A DNA stretch of 63,443 nt, counting the filler, from Choristocarpus tenellus KU-1152 (taxonomy: Eukaryota; Protista; Phaeophyceae): assembly GCA_964200185.2 (NCBI GenBank). It is 10 parts of 10 records of this genome, joined end to end, with 100 filler letters (N's around TTAATTAATTAA, not from the genome) between each part and the next. Parts side by side here need not be neighbours in the genome. Positions count along the whole stretch, not along the records: positions 37,600 to 50,738 come from CAXNAD020001574.1; positions 50,839 to 53,789 come from CAXNAD020023421.1; positions 53,890 to 57,290 come from CAXNAD020020280.1; positions 57,391 to 60,810 come from CAXNAD020020155.1; positions 60,911 to 63,443 come from CAXNAD020026989.1; 5 more parts are not named here. The stretch is one strand, 5' to 3'. Positions 49,101 through 61,050 of the stretch are shown here, in pieces; position 1 is the first letter of the stretch; every line of letters starts with the position of its first letter. The notes under the pieces were generated by a model. The model was given only the letters and a program-made list of their open reading frames with translations, was not told where the DNA came from and made no database searches. A program made the translations under genes and the position numbers.

Positions 49101-50680
49101 GTGGGGGACACAGACCTGCCTGTCCTTGTCCATGTACACTTGTCATGCACTAGACCCAATTCCGTCCACTGACCTCACTTCTACATGTACCACACCAGAG
49201 ACAGCAAAAGATTAGTACTACCCTACCACAACTACCCACCGAGATTGACACTGAACTATTCTACTGAAATTAGCTCATCCTCTCGATATCAGGAGGTATT
49301 CCTTCTCTGCAACTTTGTAGGCTTTAAGATCACATCTCAGTGACACACAGTTTGAAGACCCATATATATAAACAGCACATACTAGTATATATATAACAAT
49401 GTCATTTTGAGCACGAAGTGTAATGGTGTCTTTCGGACTTGCTTCTTCCCTCTCCCCAGGTTCATCAGGGCTGCTGAGGCAGTGATTGCAAAGACGAACG
49501 ACTATGATTTTATCGTAACATATCTCCAGAAGGATGTCGAGGCTATCACGGAAGAGAGCATCATGGTTCGTGCTTTAGGGGTCTTTGTCTTGATGGTATT
49601 CGGCCTGATAATGTGTTGTGCAGTACCATAAACGAGTGGGCAAGCTAAATCATTCAAAACCCTCATACATGTTGCAATACTCCATTAAAATTGGATCATG
49701 GAATTGAAATAGAGAGATGGCGAAGTGGTGATACGGCATGGTTGCAGAGAAACCGTAGACATCAATATCCAAGTATGTTTAGATTTTACCATCAGTATTA
49801 TGCCTCCTACTACTGTACTTACTAACACACCAATTGTTTTTACTGTAAATCCGAGTTTTTCGTAAGACAATGCAGCCTTGGATAAAACTCGAGCCCCCCT
49901 GACATGGCTGGTAGTGACGTAGTTGAGTCAATGTCCCCTAAGAGTATAGGACTTTGGTTGTCCCTTCCCTTTCCCTATTCAGACGTGGTTGACAGAACCC
50001 CGGTTCCAAAATGAGGCAGGAGAGGAGGCCATCAACAACCTTGGCAACCTGGTTCGTGAGGTGAGTAGAGTCTTCAGTTTGTTCAGCACGAGTTGACTGT
50101 CATGTGTGTGTTGCAGGTAACACCATGATTGTGGAGCAGAAGGGATAGTCACAGTAGCTTCTTTTCTTTTATACTTCGACAAATGCATACCAATGACCCA
50201 TCCTTACATGGCAATTATCACTACATTTGATCTCCACGCCCCTCTACTTGGCACTCAATTTTCTTCTTTGCAGGTGGATGGCCTCATCGGCAAGGCATCG
50301 GTGGACCTTCCCCTTGGGGCCTACGATGGTTATGCCTTGAGGGGTGATGACGGCTCACTGATCCCTGAGTACAGGGGGATTCTGGTGAGGTGTAGGGACT
50401 CAATGTAACCAGTTTGAAGTCTTATGCCCAAAGTGATGGTTTGAGCATTATGTGTGTGCTCATGAAATGATTGCTCATTCCATCACAGCAAACTATTCCA
50501 AACTTGGCCTATCCTGTGTTTCTTTCGATGAACAATATACTCAATGCATGATTTCTGACAATGTTTTGGCAGGTATACTATGATGCAGTGGACACTATCA
50601 AATCACTTGACGGCCTGTTTAAGAACGGACTATTCATTGAGGGTACGGTAGTGTATGAGAATGGTGACGTGTACAATGGG
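46116..50680 (+). CDS. Stonustoxin-like MACPF/CDC pore-forming protein with C-terminal MORN-like repeats, paralog B (3' end missing)
   Basis: Exons 46116-46488, 46664-46766, 47799-48164, 48583-48714, 49460-49565, 49983-50060, 50274-50384 and 50573-50680 join in compatible phases to 1377 nt (459 aa) without stops. Motifs: TNLGDGF; MGISGAVKLKYKVFTGEAAGSF; LKTLGGYYVSKIMYGAALEIDF; IKANAKVALETAMLEGSAEVDVAI; VGFQVRSLP; GLFKNGLFIEGTVVYENGDVYNG (MORN-like). Confidence 0.8.
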
Positions 50681-50970
50681 GTGAGTGTGAGTGTTGTTAG
50701 TGATTTGTATGCACCTGGGGGTGAACACATAATCACGTNNNNNNNNNNNNNNNNNNNNNNNNNNNNNNNNNNNNNNNNNNNNTTAATTAATTAANNNNNN
50801 NNNNNNNNNNNNNNNNNNNNNNNNNNNNNNNNNNNNNNGGTGAAAAACGGACGCCGACACCCCCCCCTCCAAGATACTTTGACCCATGGGATTACAGAGA
50901 TAAGGCGGGTATGACGAGGAAAATACAGCAACTGATGAAATGCTCTCTACACAATGCACTGAGAGCTCAC

Positions 50971-52269
50971 CATAGAGATAACGATCTGGGTATCCGCCAG
51001 ATTCTGCCATCCCAAGGCAAAGGCAGTGCCAAAACGCATAGAAGCACAGAAAGTGTACCAGTGGTGAAACCGTGGCCATTAACCACACAACCCATGCAGT
51101 GCACTCTAAGGCGGACAACCCTCCCTCGGCCTCCATTCCCTCTTGCCAAGTGGGCCACCAACCACCCTGACCGTTCATGGTCAGGGCCACATTCGAGTCT
51201 CCATCTACCCACGATGGTTGAAAGCAAGCAGTGAGTATCCGCAGGGTCGGGGCCAAGAGCCCATTACCAATGATGTGTACGGACAGATAGGTCATACACG
51301 CGTGAATGAACTCTTGCGCTGCCTTGCGCGGCCTCTTTGGAAGGCGTGTGGCATTGGTCAAGAAACGGGGCTCACAATGCAGTGCTGGGACAAGGAATAA
51401 GAAGAAGGCATATTCTCCCAGGCTTAGATGTAGCGAGGGCATGGTAGTCATGGGTTTTGCCTTTACTGAACCACACGCGCTGACAAACGAGACTACCTTA
51501 AGGGTGAAGCAGGTGCAAGCGAGACCAACCCATAGTCCCGAGGCCAAGCCCCAGATGAATTTTCTGCTTCCCCAGAGTCCAATTGCCCAGCCCAGTGCCG
51601 ACGGCACTGCTGCCGCCGCCCAGGTGGGCTTCTTGGCCCAAGCAGCAAAGTAGAGGAGTGGGTGGGCGGAGAGCGCCAACATGGCGATAGCCACCCTGTA
51701 TTCGTTATCCGAGTAGAGCGTTTGTGGAACATTATGGTGGGGAGGGAAAATATTTTTGATATCATGAGACTCCACATAATAGAGACAAGATATTACTAGT
51801 ACAACTTTAAATGCTGAAACTGCAGCGCTAGAGCTCTAGAGATGGAAAGTGTCACCGGCTAGCTACGAGCTATTTTAAGTGGTAACAGAGGAATGTTTTT
51901 GCTGTGGGTAGGCTTGTGATCTAAAACGAGGGCAGCTTACATGCACGCGAGGGCCGAGCAGAAACCCAAGAAGTGAGCTATCATCAGGTCAGTAGAGAGA
52001 GCAATGGAGAACAGTGCCTGGAGTTCCGCCAGGCTAATACCGTCATGCCAAGAATTGGGCAATAAATCCGTTCGAAAGGCGGAAATCCCAAGAGCTATGG
52101 CTGGGGATATGGCAAGAAGGACTGTACGATGGATGTGAAAGAACCTCTTTGTGATATGGAGACCACGATGTCGTGTGACCAAAAAAGCGTACTCAGGGTA
52201 CAAGTCTGGGGCATCGAAAAAGGTCTGAGTTCGGACAGGGTGTTTGGAATGGAGATTTGCATGTGACAT
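50971..52269 (-). CDS. MBOAT-family O-acyltransferase (DGAT1/sterol O-acyltransferase-like), 5' part
   Basis: Exons 52269-51941 and 51695-50971 encode multiple hydrophobic segments. FLCFYAFWHCLCLGMAESGGYPDRYLYG matches the DGAT1/ACAT motif FYxxFHxxLNxxAELxxFxDRxFYxDWWN. Truncated by the contig end. Confidence 0.8.
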
Positions 52270-52559
52270 GATGCAGTTGGTGTGGCCCTCCTCGCCTCCT
52301 TCTTCTACCCTCCCATCCCTCGAATCCGGATGTGCCTACAGGATAGATACCACCCAACTGCTCTTTGCTCTTTCCTCGTTGTCACCTTCCACTCCTTCCA
52401 ATAATCCCCGATATGGATCGCCGATTTTGCTTTGGTGGTGCAATGCCATTGGAGAAAGTAATGTGAGAGGTTGTGGGGTTTCAATGTTTTATTATACCTT
52501 GTTTTAAATAACGGTATGATTGTAAGAGAAATTAATTGTGCCCTCTTGCATTTCACAGA

Positions 52560-53700
52560 TGTCTACACACTTTTAACGTCTTTATGGCAACTGTGACTTT
52601 TCGGGGATTTTATTTACATATGAATAGTTTATTGGTTTTTCCCGAGACACATGCACAAAATCTCAGCGGGAAAAGTAATAAATTGTCTTACGCACATCTT
52701 TCCCATTTACGACGTGTTTTGCAGGGGTCGTTGTGTGTAGGTGGTAGGTTTGTTGGTATTCATGATATCTCCAAAACCATTGGTTTCCCCCCTGACACAT
52801 CTGCAAAATGTCAGAAGGCATAATAAAAAAATATATATATCTCAAAAAAAAAAAATGTCCAATGGCAAAATAAGTTATATTTTATTATTATGCCCTCTGA
52901 CGTTTTGGAGATGTATTGGGGAATAACAAAAGCCATTCACATACATGTATGTCGAAATAGTAAGATATATTAAATATTTTTGTAGGTCCTTGTTATGTAG
53001 GTTTGGGTTTTCATGAACACATCCACAAAATGTCAAATGCAACCAACCTTACTATAAACAGGGCTTAGTTAGGGTATAAACGGGATGCCAGCCACCCTTT
53101 TCAAATCTGTTACCTTACTACATGGTCAGATATAAATATCCCGCCTACGACAAATAGTGTCCGTAAGAACACAGGTGGCCTGTCTAGATGCGTCATGCGT
53201 TTTAACCTGGAGTCACCAGGGAGATGGGCGAGGAGGAGCTTGTTAGATTCTTCCCTACCTCCTCACCCTGGGGTGCAGGAATAGGTAGGATAGAGACACA
53301 GGGAGACAGTAGTGGTAAAACATGGATGGTAGCAAAATAGCAAATTGATAAATGTTCCTCACATTTGTGACAACTGTTACTTCTTTAGGGATTTTTCTGA
53401 CATGTGAATAATAACTTTCATTAGTTTTTCCCCTGACACATCTGTGAAATATCAGAGGGCATAAAAATATATATATATAGGAGATGCCTCCCTAGCCCCT
53501 CACCCTGGAGTATAGGACTAAGGTAGGTTAGAGGCACAGGAAGGGAACGGTGAAGCATAACTGGTAGTAAATTAGCGAATAGATTAATGTTTTTCACATT
53601 TATGACAACAGTTTTTAAAGGTTATTCTGACATGTGAATAGTTTTTGTTGATTTTTCCCTTGACACATTAGCAAAATGTCAAAAGGCATAATAATAATAT
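52560..53700. repeat. Cluster of a dispersed repeat family (core TTTCCCCTGACACATCTGCAAAATGTCAGAGGGCATAAT)
   Basis: The core recurs at about 52785, 52890 (inverted), 53428 and 53655, and elsewhere at about 21515 and 44965. The associated segment CATGCGTTTTAA..TGGAG..CAGGGAGATGG is shared between about 21250 and about 53195. Confidence 0.75.
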
Positions 53701-53955
53701 AAAATAGTATGCCCACTGATATTTTCCAGATACAGTACCTACCCCGATTTTGTTCACCCATGGGTATGCCCTAAAAAAACGGCACACAANNNNNNNNNNN
53801 NNNNNNNNNNNNNNNNNNNNNNNNNNNNNNNNNTTAATTAATTAANNNNNNNNNNNNNNNNNNNNNNNNNNNNNNNNNNNNNNNNNNNNAAACACAAAAA
53901 GATGTGTACACAATACACAACACCAGACTGTACCCCCAACCCCCCCCCCCCCTAC

Positions 53956-56698
53956 CTTAACGTAGGGGTCTGCCTTGTTGTCATGAGCATCAAGGGCTCG
54001 AAGACGGAAAGCTTTTAGGACATACAGTCGAACCTGTAACCAACCAGACAGATAAGAGATGAGAGATGAGTTCAAACAATTGTAATAAATCACAGAGTTT
54101 GAATGATTCATGCAAGGTGGGAGGGGAGAGAAGCATTCAAACTAGTGAGTCTGTCTGTGCCTTTAGGGTAAAAGGGAAGAATGCCTTCAAACATTAAAAC
54201 AAAACAAACACTTAATGACGGACAACAGAAATACCATCTTGATCCAGTCATTATTAACATGATGTAATCAGTAAAATAATAATAATAATAATAATGCTCA
54301 TTTCGGTGTATAGATGGTACATCTCCTCTTATGAAACAAAGGGGGAGGGAGGGGGGGGGGATCGTCCAATTTTCATTAGCCTTTTTACGGCTTATTACAT
54401 GAAATGAGAAAACTGTAATTTATATATATATATATATGTATATTTAAATCGATTTTAAGAATAAAAAGTAAGCAATGCAACAAATAGCAAGAATCACCAA
54501 GGAAGAATGTAACCCAACCAAAAGAGACATCTTATAAAAAAAAGAAACATCTTCACGCAAAGCGCCAACCAGATACCCAAAGACAATAAATACCCTGTTC
54601 ATATCAACGAATCTAATATTCAAAAGAAGTGAGACAGATATGCATTTGCAATTGCGTGCCTTTGTCTCTATGATGGTGTCATAGTTCAGGCATTGTACAA
54701 AATCAAACTTGAGTACAAAGCTTGTACCAAATGTAGTACACTACAACAGTGACATGACTCAGTCCAAAAGCATCTGACAAACTTTTTACCCCACAACAAA
54801 AAAGTAGTCACATCAGATATTTCACATCACATAGCCCACTTCTGGGCTGTTCATAACTCCTACGCCTTGCCCAAGATCAAAACCAATTACCATCCCATAT
54901 AATCTCCAAAAGATGGTATCAATGAGTTATCCATTACTATAAATAACATTGCTTGCAATAGCCGGTCTAACCTCATCAGAGTGAATAAATCCCCTCATAA
55001 CACTGGAACAAAAAAAATATCAAGTTCAATGATGTGTTCTGTTTGAATGTTCTCTGAACAAGAAATAAAATAGATTTTAAAAAAACAAGTGTTCTAGCCT
55101 TCTGTTACTTAAACACGACATACACCAAGGATGCTATTACAAATATGACATTTCGGTACTATTAAACCAATCAAATAGTTGATACCATAGCACCAGTAGC
55201 ATTTTAATATCAACACCATGATACTACTAAAATAAATTAACCAATCAAAATCGCACCTGGTATGCACCAGGGCGCTTCAGCAAATCAATGTCACATGGGA
55301 ATGGATCCACCACCTCTCTCCCCCGGGAGTCCTTCCGAACAACCCGAACCATCACCTTGAAATAGCCCACCTGCACAATGCCAACAGTATGACATTCAAC
55401 ATTCAAAATTCAACAGTGTGGTGTGGTGCCAACAAATACTGCTGATCAGACAAGTAGCAATGCTGGATGTAAGTTGGGGAGGGGGGGGGGGAGAGGACTG
55501 AAATCCGAAGTTCATTCATATTCCAGATTCATGCCAGTCTTGAAGAGTGCATCATTTCATATTATTTGACTCTTATGACAACAAACACACTGCACATGTC
55601 TGTGTACATCAACACACAAATGGGTGCTAAAATATTGATATTGACTTTGAATAGGTATACATGTATCTGATTGAAGGTATTAGAGACACATTACCTATAT
55701 ATATATATATATATATCTCAAACATGAAACATCTATAAATCATGGCGTACCTTCTGGAAGGGAGTGCTGAACATTCCCGAAGTCTTCATGCCCCGGTTGA
55801 GTGGGAATTCCTCAAAGGGCGTTTTCTGGCGTAAAAAAGATGAAGCAAAGAGGCACCACAGTGGTGTGGAGTAGTATGTACAATGAGGAAGTGTAGTTCA
55901 GCATAGAAAAAAATACAAAACAAGTGCAACATGACAAGGCAAATACTCAGAGTGGGGACAGGGACGAATTACAAGGGCTAGGATTAGGGTTAGGGTTACA
56001 AGTAAAAAAAAAACTATTGAAATAGTTTGGTAAACATAAAAAGAGTTACGGTTATGAGCAAAATTTTTCTTGCAGGGAAAGGAGCCTCTACTCCTAATCA
56101 TGTAGTATTAAAGACAGTTAATCATATGAATCGAAATATTACCGTACCATCTGACATGTAGGGTTAGGGTTAGCATTAAGACAACGCCTTCATGAAGGTC
56201 AACCAAGAAACAGTCCACACTTGTCAACCAAGATACGGTCCAACACTTGTCAACCAGACCATCCTCATCGTACTCCTCCACAGTACAACAAAGGGATTCC
56301 ATTCACAAGTTCGGGTGGAACCACATTCCCCTTCCCCAACCCCCACCCCCCAAAAGTAACAATAATGATAAATACTGTACCTCTGTAGCACCATAACCCT
56401 ATCCCCAATGATCACGAAATACTGACATTTAAAACAATTCCACTCCACTCCTAATCTGAAGCACTGATTAAATCTCGAAAGACATACAGATGTGATATAC
56501 AGATACGACAGATAGGTGTGCTCACAAAAAATGGCAACCTCTGCCCCCAAAGCTATGATACTATTTTATTTTATTCTATACTATACTATCATACCACAAA
56601 GTGCAAGAGGTTATCCCAACCCTAACTTAACCCATCATAAAAATAAAGCTAGTGTGGTGGACTGAAAAGAAACTAACACTACAATTAAATCGGGTATA

Positions 56699-56729
<31 letters not shown>

Positions 56730-57088
56730 CCCTCCCTTATGAGAGTGATAATAAACCTTTCACACACAAGATGAACCACATGCACGCGCCAAGTGGCACA
56801 TTGTACTGGCAACAAAAAACTCCAAACCATCAACAGGGTTTGTCTAAATGTATCAATCACACATTGCACAAATTCTCCACAGCCCCCCCCCCCACCTCCA
56901 CACATACACCTGCATCTGCCACTCCAGCTCTGAGTGGTAACGAGCCTTTCCTGTCAAGTACTTGGGCTTCAGTGCAGCATCCATATCAATGTCTGGCTCT
57001 TTTGCCTCCCCAGGAAGAAGATCCCGTGTCACGAAATCACCAAGCCCATCAATACCACCTCCAATCTCATCCCCTATATCCCGAATGG
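53956..57088 (-). CDS. Ferlin-like multi-C2-domain protein, internal exons
   Basis: Exons 57088-56910 (...RYHSELEWQMQ), 55825-55751 (KTPFEEFPLNRG...), 55370-55257 (VGYFKVMVRVV...) and 54033-53956 (VRLYVLKAFRLRALDAHDNKADPYVK). The order YxxELE / FxLxRG / VGxFK / C2 start VRxYVxxAxxL...DPY is characteristic of ferlins. Confidence 0.8.
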
Positions 57089-58049
57089 CTGAAGGAGTGC
57101 ACAGGTAAATGGCATACAATATAAATATTACGTTGAATAATGATAGTGATGATAAAATAACCCAAATAAATATTATATTATCTTGTTAGTATTCATACCT
57201 TGAATGCGTGTTCACAAATTGCTTGAAAAGTTGGGGGATGGGGGGGGGGGGGGGGGGGGGGGGGGGGAGAAGGAAGAAATAATGTTCTTTNNNNNNNNNN
57301 NNNNNNNNNNNNNNNNNNNNNNNNNNNNNNNNNNTTAATTAATTAANNNNNNNNNNNNNNNNNNNNNNNNNNNNNNNNNNNNNNNNNNNNGAGGCAGCCC
57401 CGACAAGAGGGCAGCCTGTCTTGAATTAGAGCAGATCTATGGGGGGCGCGCTGTGAGTCAGCGGCCCATGCAGCTCATAGCTCCAGAGATGAAATTGTGC
57501 GACATGTACTGCTCGTCAGTGGAGGACACTGCAGATTTCGTAATTCGCCTCGATCCTATCTGGACAATAGTACGAGCAGCTGGAGGCAGCCAGGATCATG
57601 CCAAGAAAGGAGCTCTGATAGGCATCAGGGACAGCATGCCGCAGGTATTTGCGCAGATGTGTCCGTATGGAGGATGAGATCCCCATGCAGCTCGACAAAG
57701 GACGCACGGAGGACGAGAGATCCCCGTGCAGCTCACTGGAAGTCGCGCGGCCTTGTGTTTCCTGCTGGGACAGGCCACAAAAGGGGGGCCGCAATTATGG
57801 TGATCAGTACTCATGAGAGTATCAGCAGCCCTGATGGAGGGCTGCCTGGCTCAAATAGGACCAAATTTATGGAGGGCATCGCGAGGTCTTGTGGTTCCTG
57901 CTGGGACAGGCCATAAAAGGGGCTGCAGCGATGGTGATCAGCAAATCCTGGAACAACTGTGGAGGTAAAGAACACCTTCAGATCGTTTGTCGCCAGAGGA
58001 GAGCGACACTGTCTAGATAATAAGATGTAAAAACAATGGACAATTGGGG

Positions 58050-60194
58050 CCTGGTCGGGTATGGAGACTCAGACTGGGGCAATAACACTGCATCAGGGCG
58101 GGGCATGACAGGGCATCATTATGCTGGCACGTGTGGATCCCACAGGAAGGTAAAGCTGGTGATTTCAGCTTAGGTGACTTTCCAGCCTGAAGCCAAACTA
58201 CTGGAGCTAGTGGGGAGCCAGAGCTGGACATACTGGGGGAGCCAGAGGTTCATGACGACATGGACATGGATATGAAAGATGAAGAAGAGGCTTCCACAAC
58301 AGGGAGCGAGACTGGGGGTAAGAAGAAAAATATTGGGCGTGGGGCTCAAGATACAAAGCGCCCAGCATCCCCTCAGAGTCAAGAAATTTCTCCCAGGATG
58401 AGACAACGCCAGCGCATGGATAGGGCTGCACAGATGGCAGCCAAGCGCCTGACCCCACACTCTGGACTTCGGAGATCTGCCAGGCTGGAGCAACGCCAGC
58501 GGGTAGCCTACACATCTCAACTACGTGACCAGGAAGAAGATGAAGAAACAGACATAAACCACTTTGTGTCAACCCTCATGCAGCAGAACAATGAAGAAGT
58601 GTATTGCTTTATGGGTCTCATGGGGGAAGTAACAACAGGTCCAGACGAGCCATCTACAACCAAGGCGGCCTTGAGTGGGCCAGATGGAGAGCAGTGGCAA
58701 GAGGCAATGGAGAAGGAAATGTCAGGGTTATGGCAAAAGGGGATTTTAGTGACAAGGCCCTGCCCCAAGGGAGGAAAGCAATCAAGACACGCTTTGTTTT
58801 CAAGATCAAGCGCTCAGCAGACGGGTCAGTGGAACGTTACAAGGCAAGACTTGTGGCCCGTGGGTACACCCAAAATGCAGGAGCGGACTTCAATTTGAAA
58901 CCTTCAGCCCGGTGGTGGGATATGACACACTACGTTGCATCATATCAGTCGCAGCGTACAGAGGTTGGAGCATAGACGCCCTGGACTTTACACAGGCCTA
59001 CCTCTACGCAGATCTGCAGGAGGACATCTGGTTGGAGCTTCCTGATGGCGGCACAGTCAAGGCAGAGAAGACAATCTATGGGCTGAAGCAGTCAGCAATG
59101 GAATGGTACCGTGAACTACGCAACACCATTATTGCAGAAGGATGGACAAGCAGCCAACATGACGAGAGCCTCTATACTTCAAGAAGAGTGAAGACGGACG
59201 CATCGCCATTCTCACGACCTATGTGGACGACACTTTCACCACTGGGGACTTCAGTGAAGAGATCCAGAGGATAAGGGCATCCCTACTAGAGAAGTACAAG
59301 GGGCGGGACCTAGGTACGCCAGACAAGCTGATTGGGGTGGGCATCACTGTGGGTAAGGATGGCATCACCCTGGACCAACAGATATGTACGCTAAAACCAT
59401 TGTCATGGCCGGGATGGATGGGCTCTATAGAAGTACGAAAGACATCAACACCACTGGACCTCTCTGTTAAACAAGGTCATGAGGAGGAACTAGATCCCAT
59501 CATATACCCCTATGCCAGTATTCTTGGGAAACTTATGTTCTTAGCAGGCATGACTCAACCAGATCTGGCTAACAACAGTGTTCGTGAACTGGGGCGTAGA
59601 GCAGCATCTCCATGCATGCGACATTGGCGCGGACTGCAGCACGTTCTGCGTTACGTAGCAGGGACATTGGATGTCTGTATTCACTATGATCGAGGGGACA
59701 AAGATATGAACGAGGGGGACGAAGAACTCCTGGTGGGTTATGGAGATTCTGACTGGGGCACAGACTCCCAAACACGCAGGAGTGTCACAGGCTACCTGCT
59801 ACTGTTCAACAAGTCGCCGATTACCTGGCGCTCCAAACTTCAAAGTGCTGTCACCCTCTCCAGCTCGGAGGCAGAGTGGACGGCAATGGCATACGGCATG
59901 CGCCACTATATTTTCCTTCAAGGCATTCTGGGGGAGATTGGCATATTACAGGATCAGAATCCCTGGTTCGGTGACAATCGTGGTGCTATCCAGGCGAGCA
60001 GAATCACAAGCTTCAACGGGAGGACAACACATGTAGACATGAAGCTGAAGTGCACTAGGGAATATGTGGATCAAGGTCTGTTTCATGTAGAATATGTTCC
60101 AACATCGAAACACCTAGCTGACATTTTGACTAAGTCTTTGCGTAAGAGTCTTACTTCTAGTTTTGTGCATTTCGTGCTTTCGCGTCGGGGTTGA
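58050..60194 (+). mobile_element. Ty1/Copia retrotransposon pol (RT and RNase H), frameshifted
   Basis: Motifs EPSTTKAALSGPDGEQWQEAMEKEM; RFVFKIKRSADGSVERYKARLVARGYTQ; LDFTQAYLYADLQEDIW; KTIYGLKQS; YVDD; GYGDSDWG...RRSVTGY; TLSSSEAE; DNRGAI; LADILTK are spread over several frames. Confidence 0.95.
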
Positions 60195-60224
60195 GCTTTT
60201 GCCAGCAACTTTGCTGCACGCTCA

Positions 60225-60642
60225 TGGGGGAGTGTGCAATATAGGCTGGTAATCTATATGGTTTACCTGTGTTTAGGGGCCACTACTAGACTACAGATAT
60301 GTTGAGACAAGTCTCATTGGCTTGCTTTCGAATGCTTAGAGTAATAGATTCGAATATCAAATTATTGGTTTCCTATTACCTGATATAAATGGATTGATGG
60401 GAGATCACTGACATGGCACTAGCTACACTAGCTACACAAGAAAGTGACATAGTACGATGTGACGGCAGGACACGTTTTAATGTGTCAGCTGATGTGTTAG
60501 CTGACATATGCAATAAACAATAAGATAATAAGAGAGAGCACCCCCCACCACCGATACTAGCTACACTAGCTACACAAGAAAGTGACATAGTACGATGTGA
60601 CGGCAGGACACGTTTTGATGTGTCAGCTGATGTGTTAGCTGA
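60225..60642 (+). repeat. Copia polypurine tract and 3' LTR (truncated, internally duplicated)
   Basis: PPT GGGGGAG is directly followed by TGTGCAATATAGG (LTR start 60233). A segment of about 85 bp is duplicated (about 60418 and 60556). A TIR MITE begins at about 60643. Confidence 0.85.
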
Positions 60643-61050
60643 GAGTCAAAGTATCTTAGAGGGCAGAGCCGCGTCCATTTGGAGGACAACATCCAATGTT
60701 ACAATTTTGATATAATTTTGACTATCATGTTCGTTAGGAGATGTCAATATCCTTGTTCTGGACACTTCTTTTCATAACATAAATATTTTACCTACTCCGA
60801 AACATTTGGANNNNNNNNNNNNNNNNNNNNNNNNNNNNNNNNNNNNNNNNNNNNTTAATTAATTAANNNNNNNNNNNNNNNNNNNNNNNNNNNNNNNNNN
60901 NNNNNNNNNNACTTTTTTTTAAAAAAAAACTCTTAATATTTTTATTATGGAATATTATGCATTTTTTCCTATCCCCCCCCCCCCCTCCCAACAAACAAAC
61001 AGCACTCACAAGTCGATCTCTCTTATCTTTTCTTTCTTTCTTTCTTTCAG

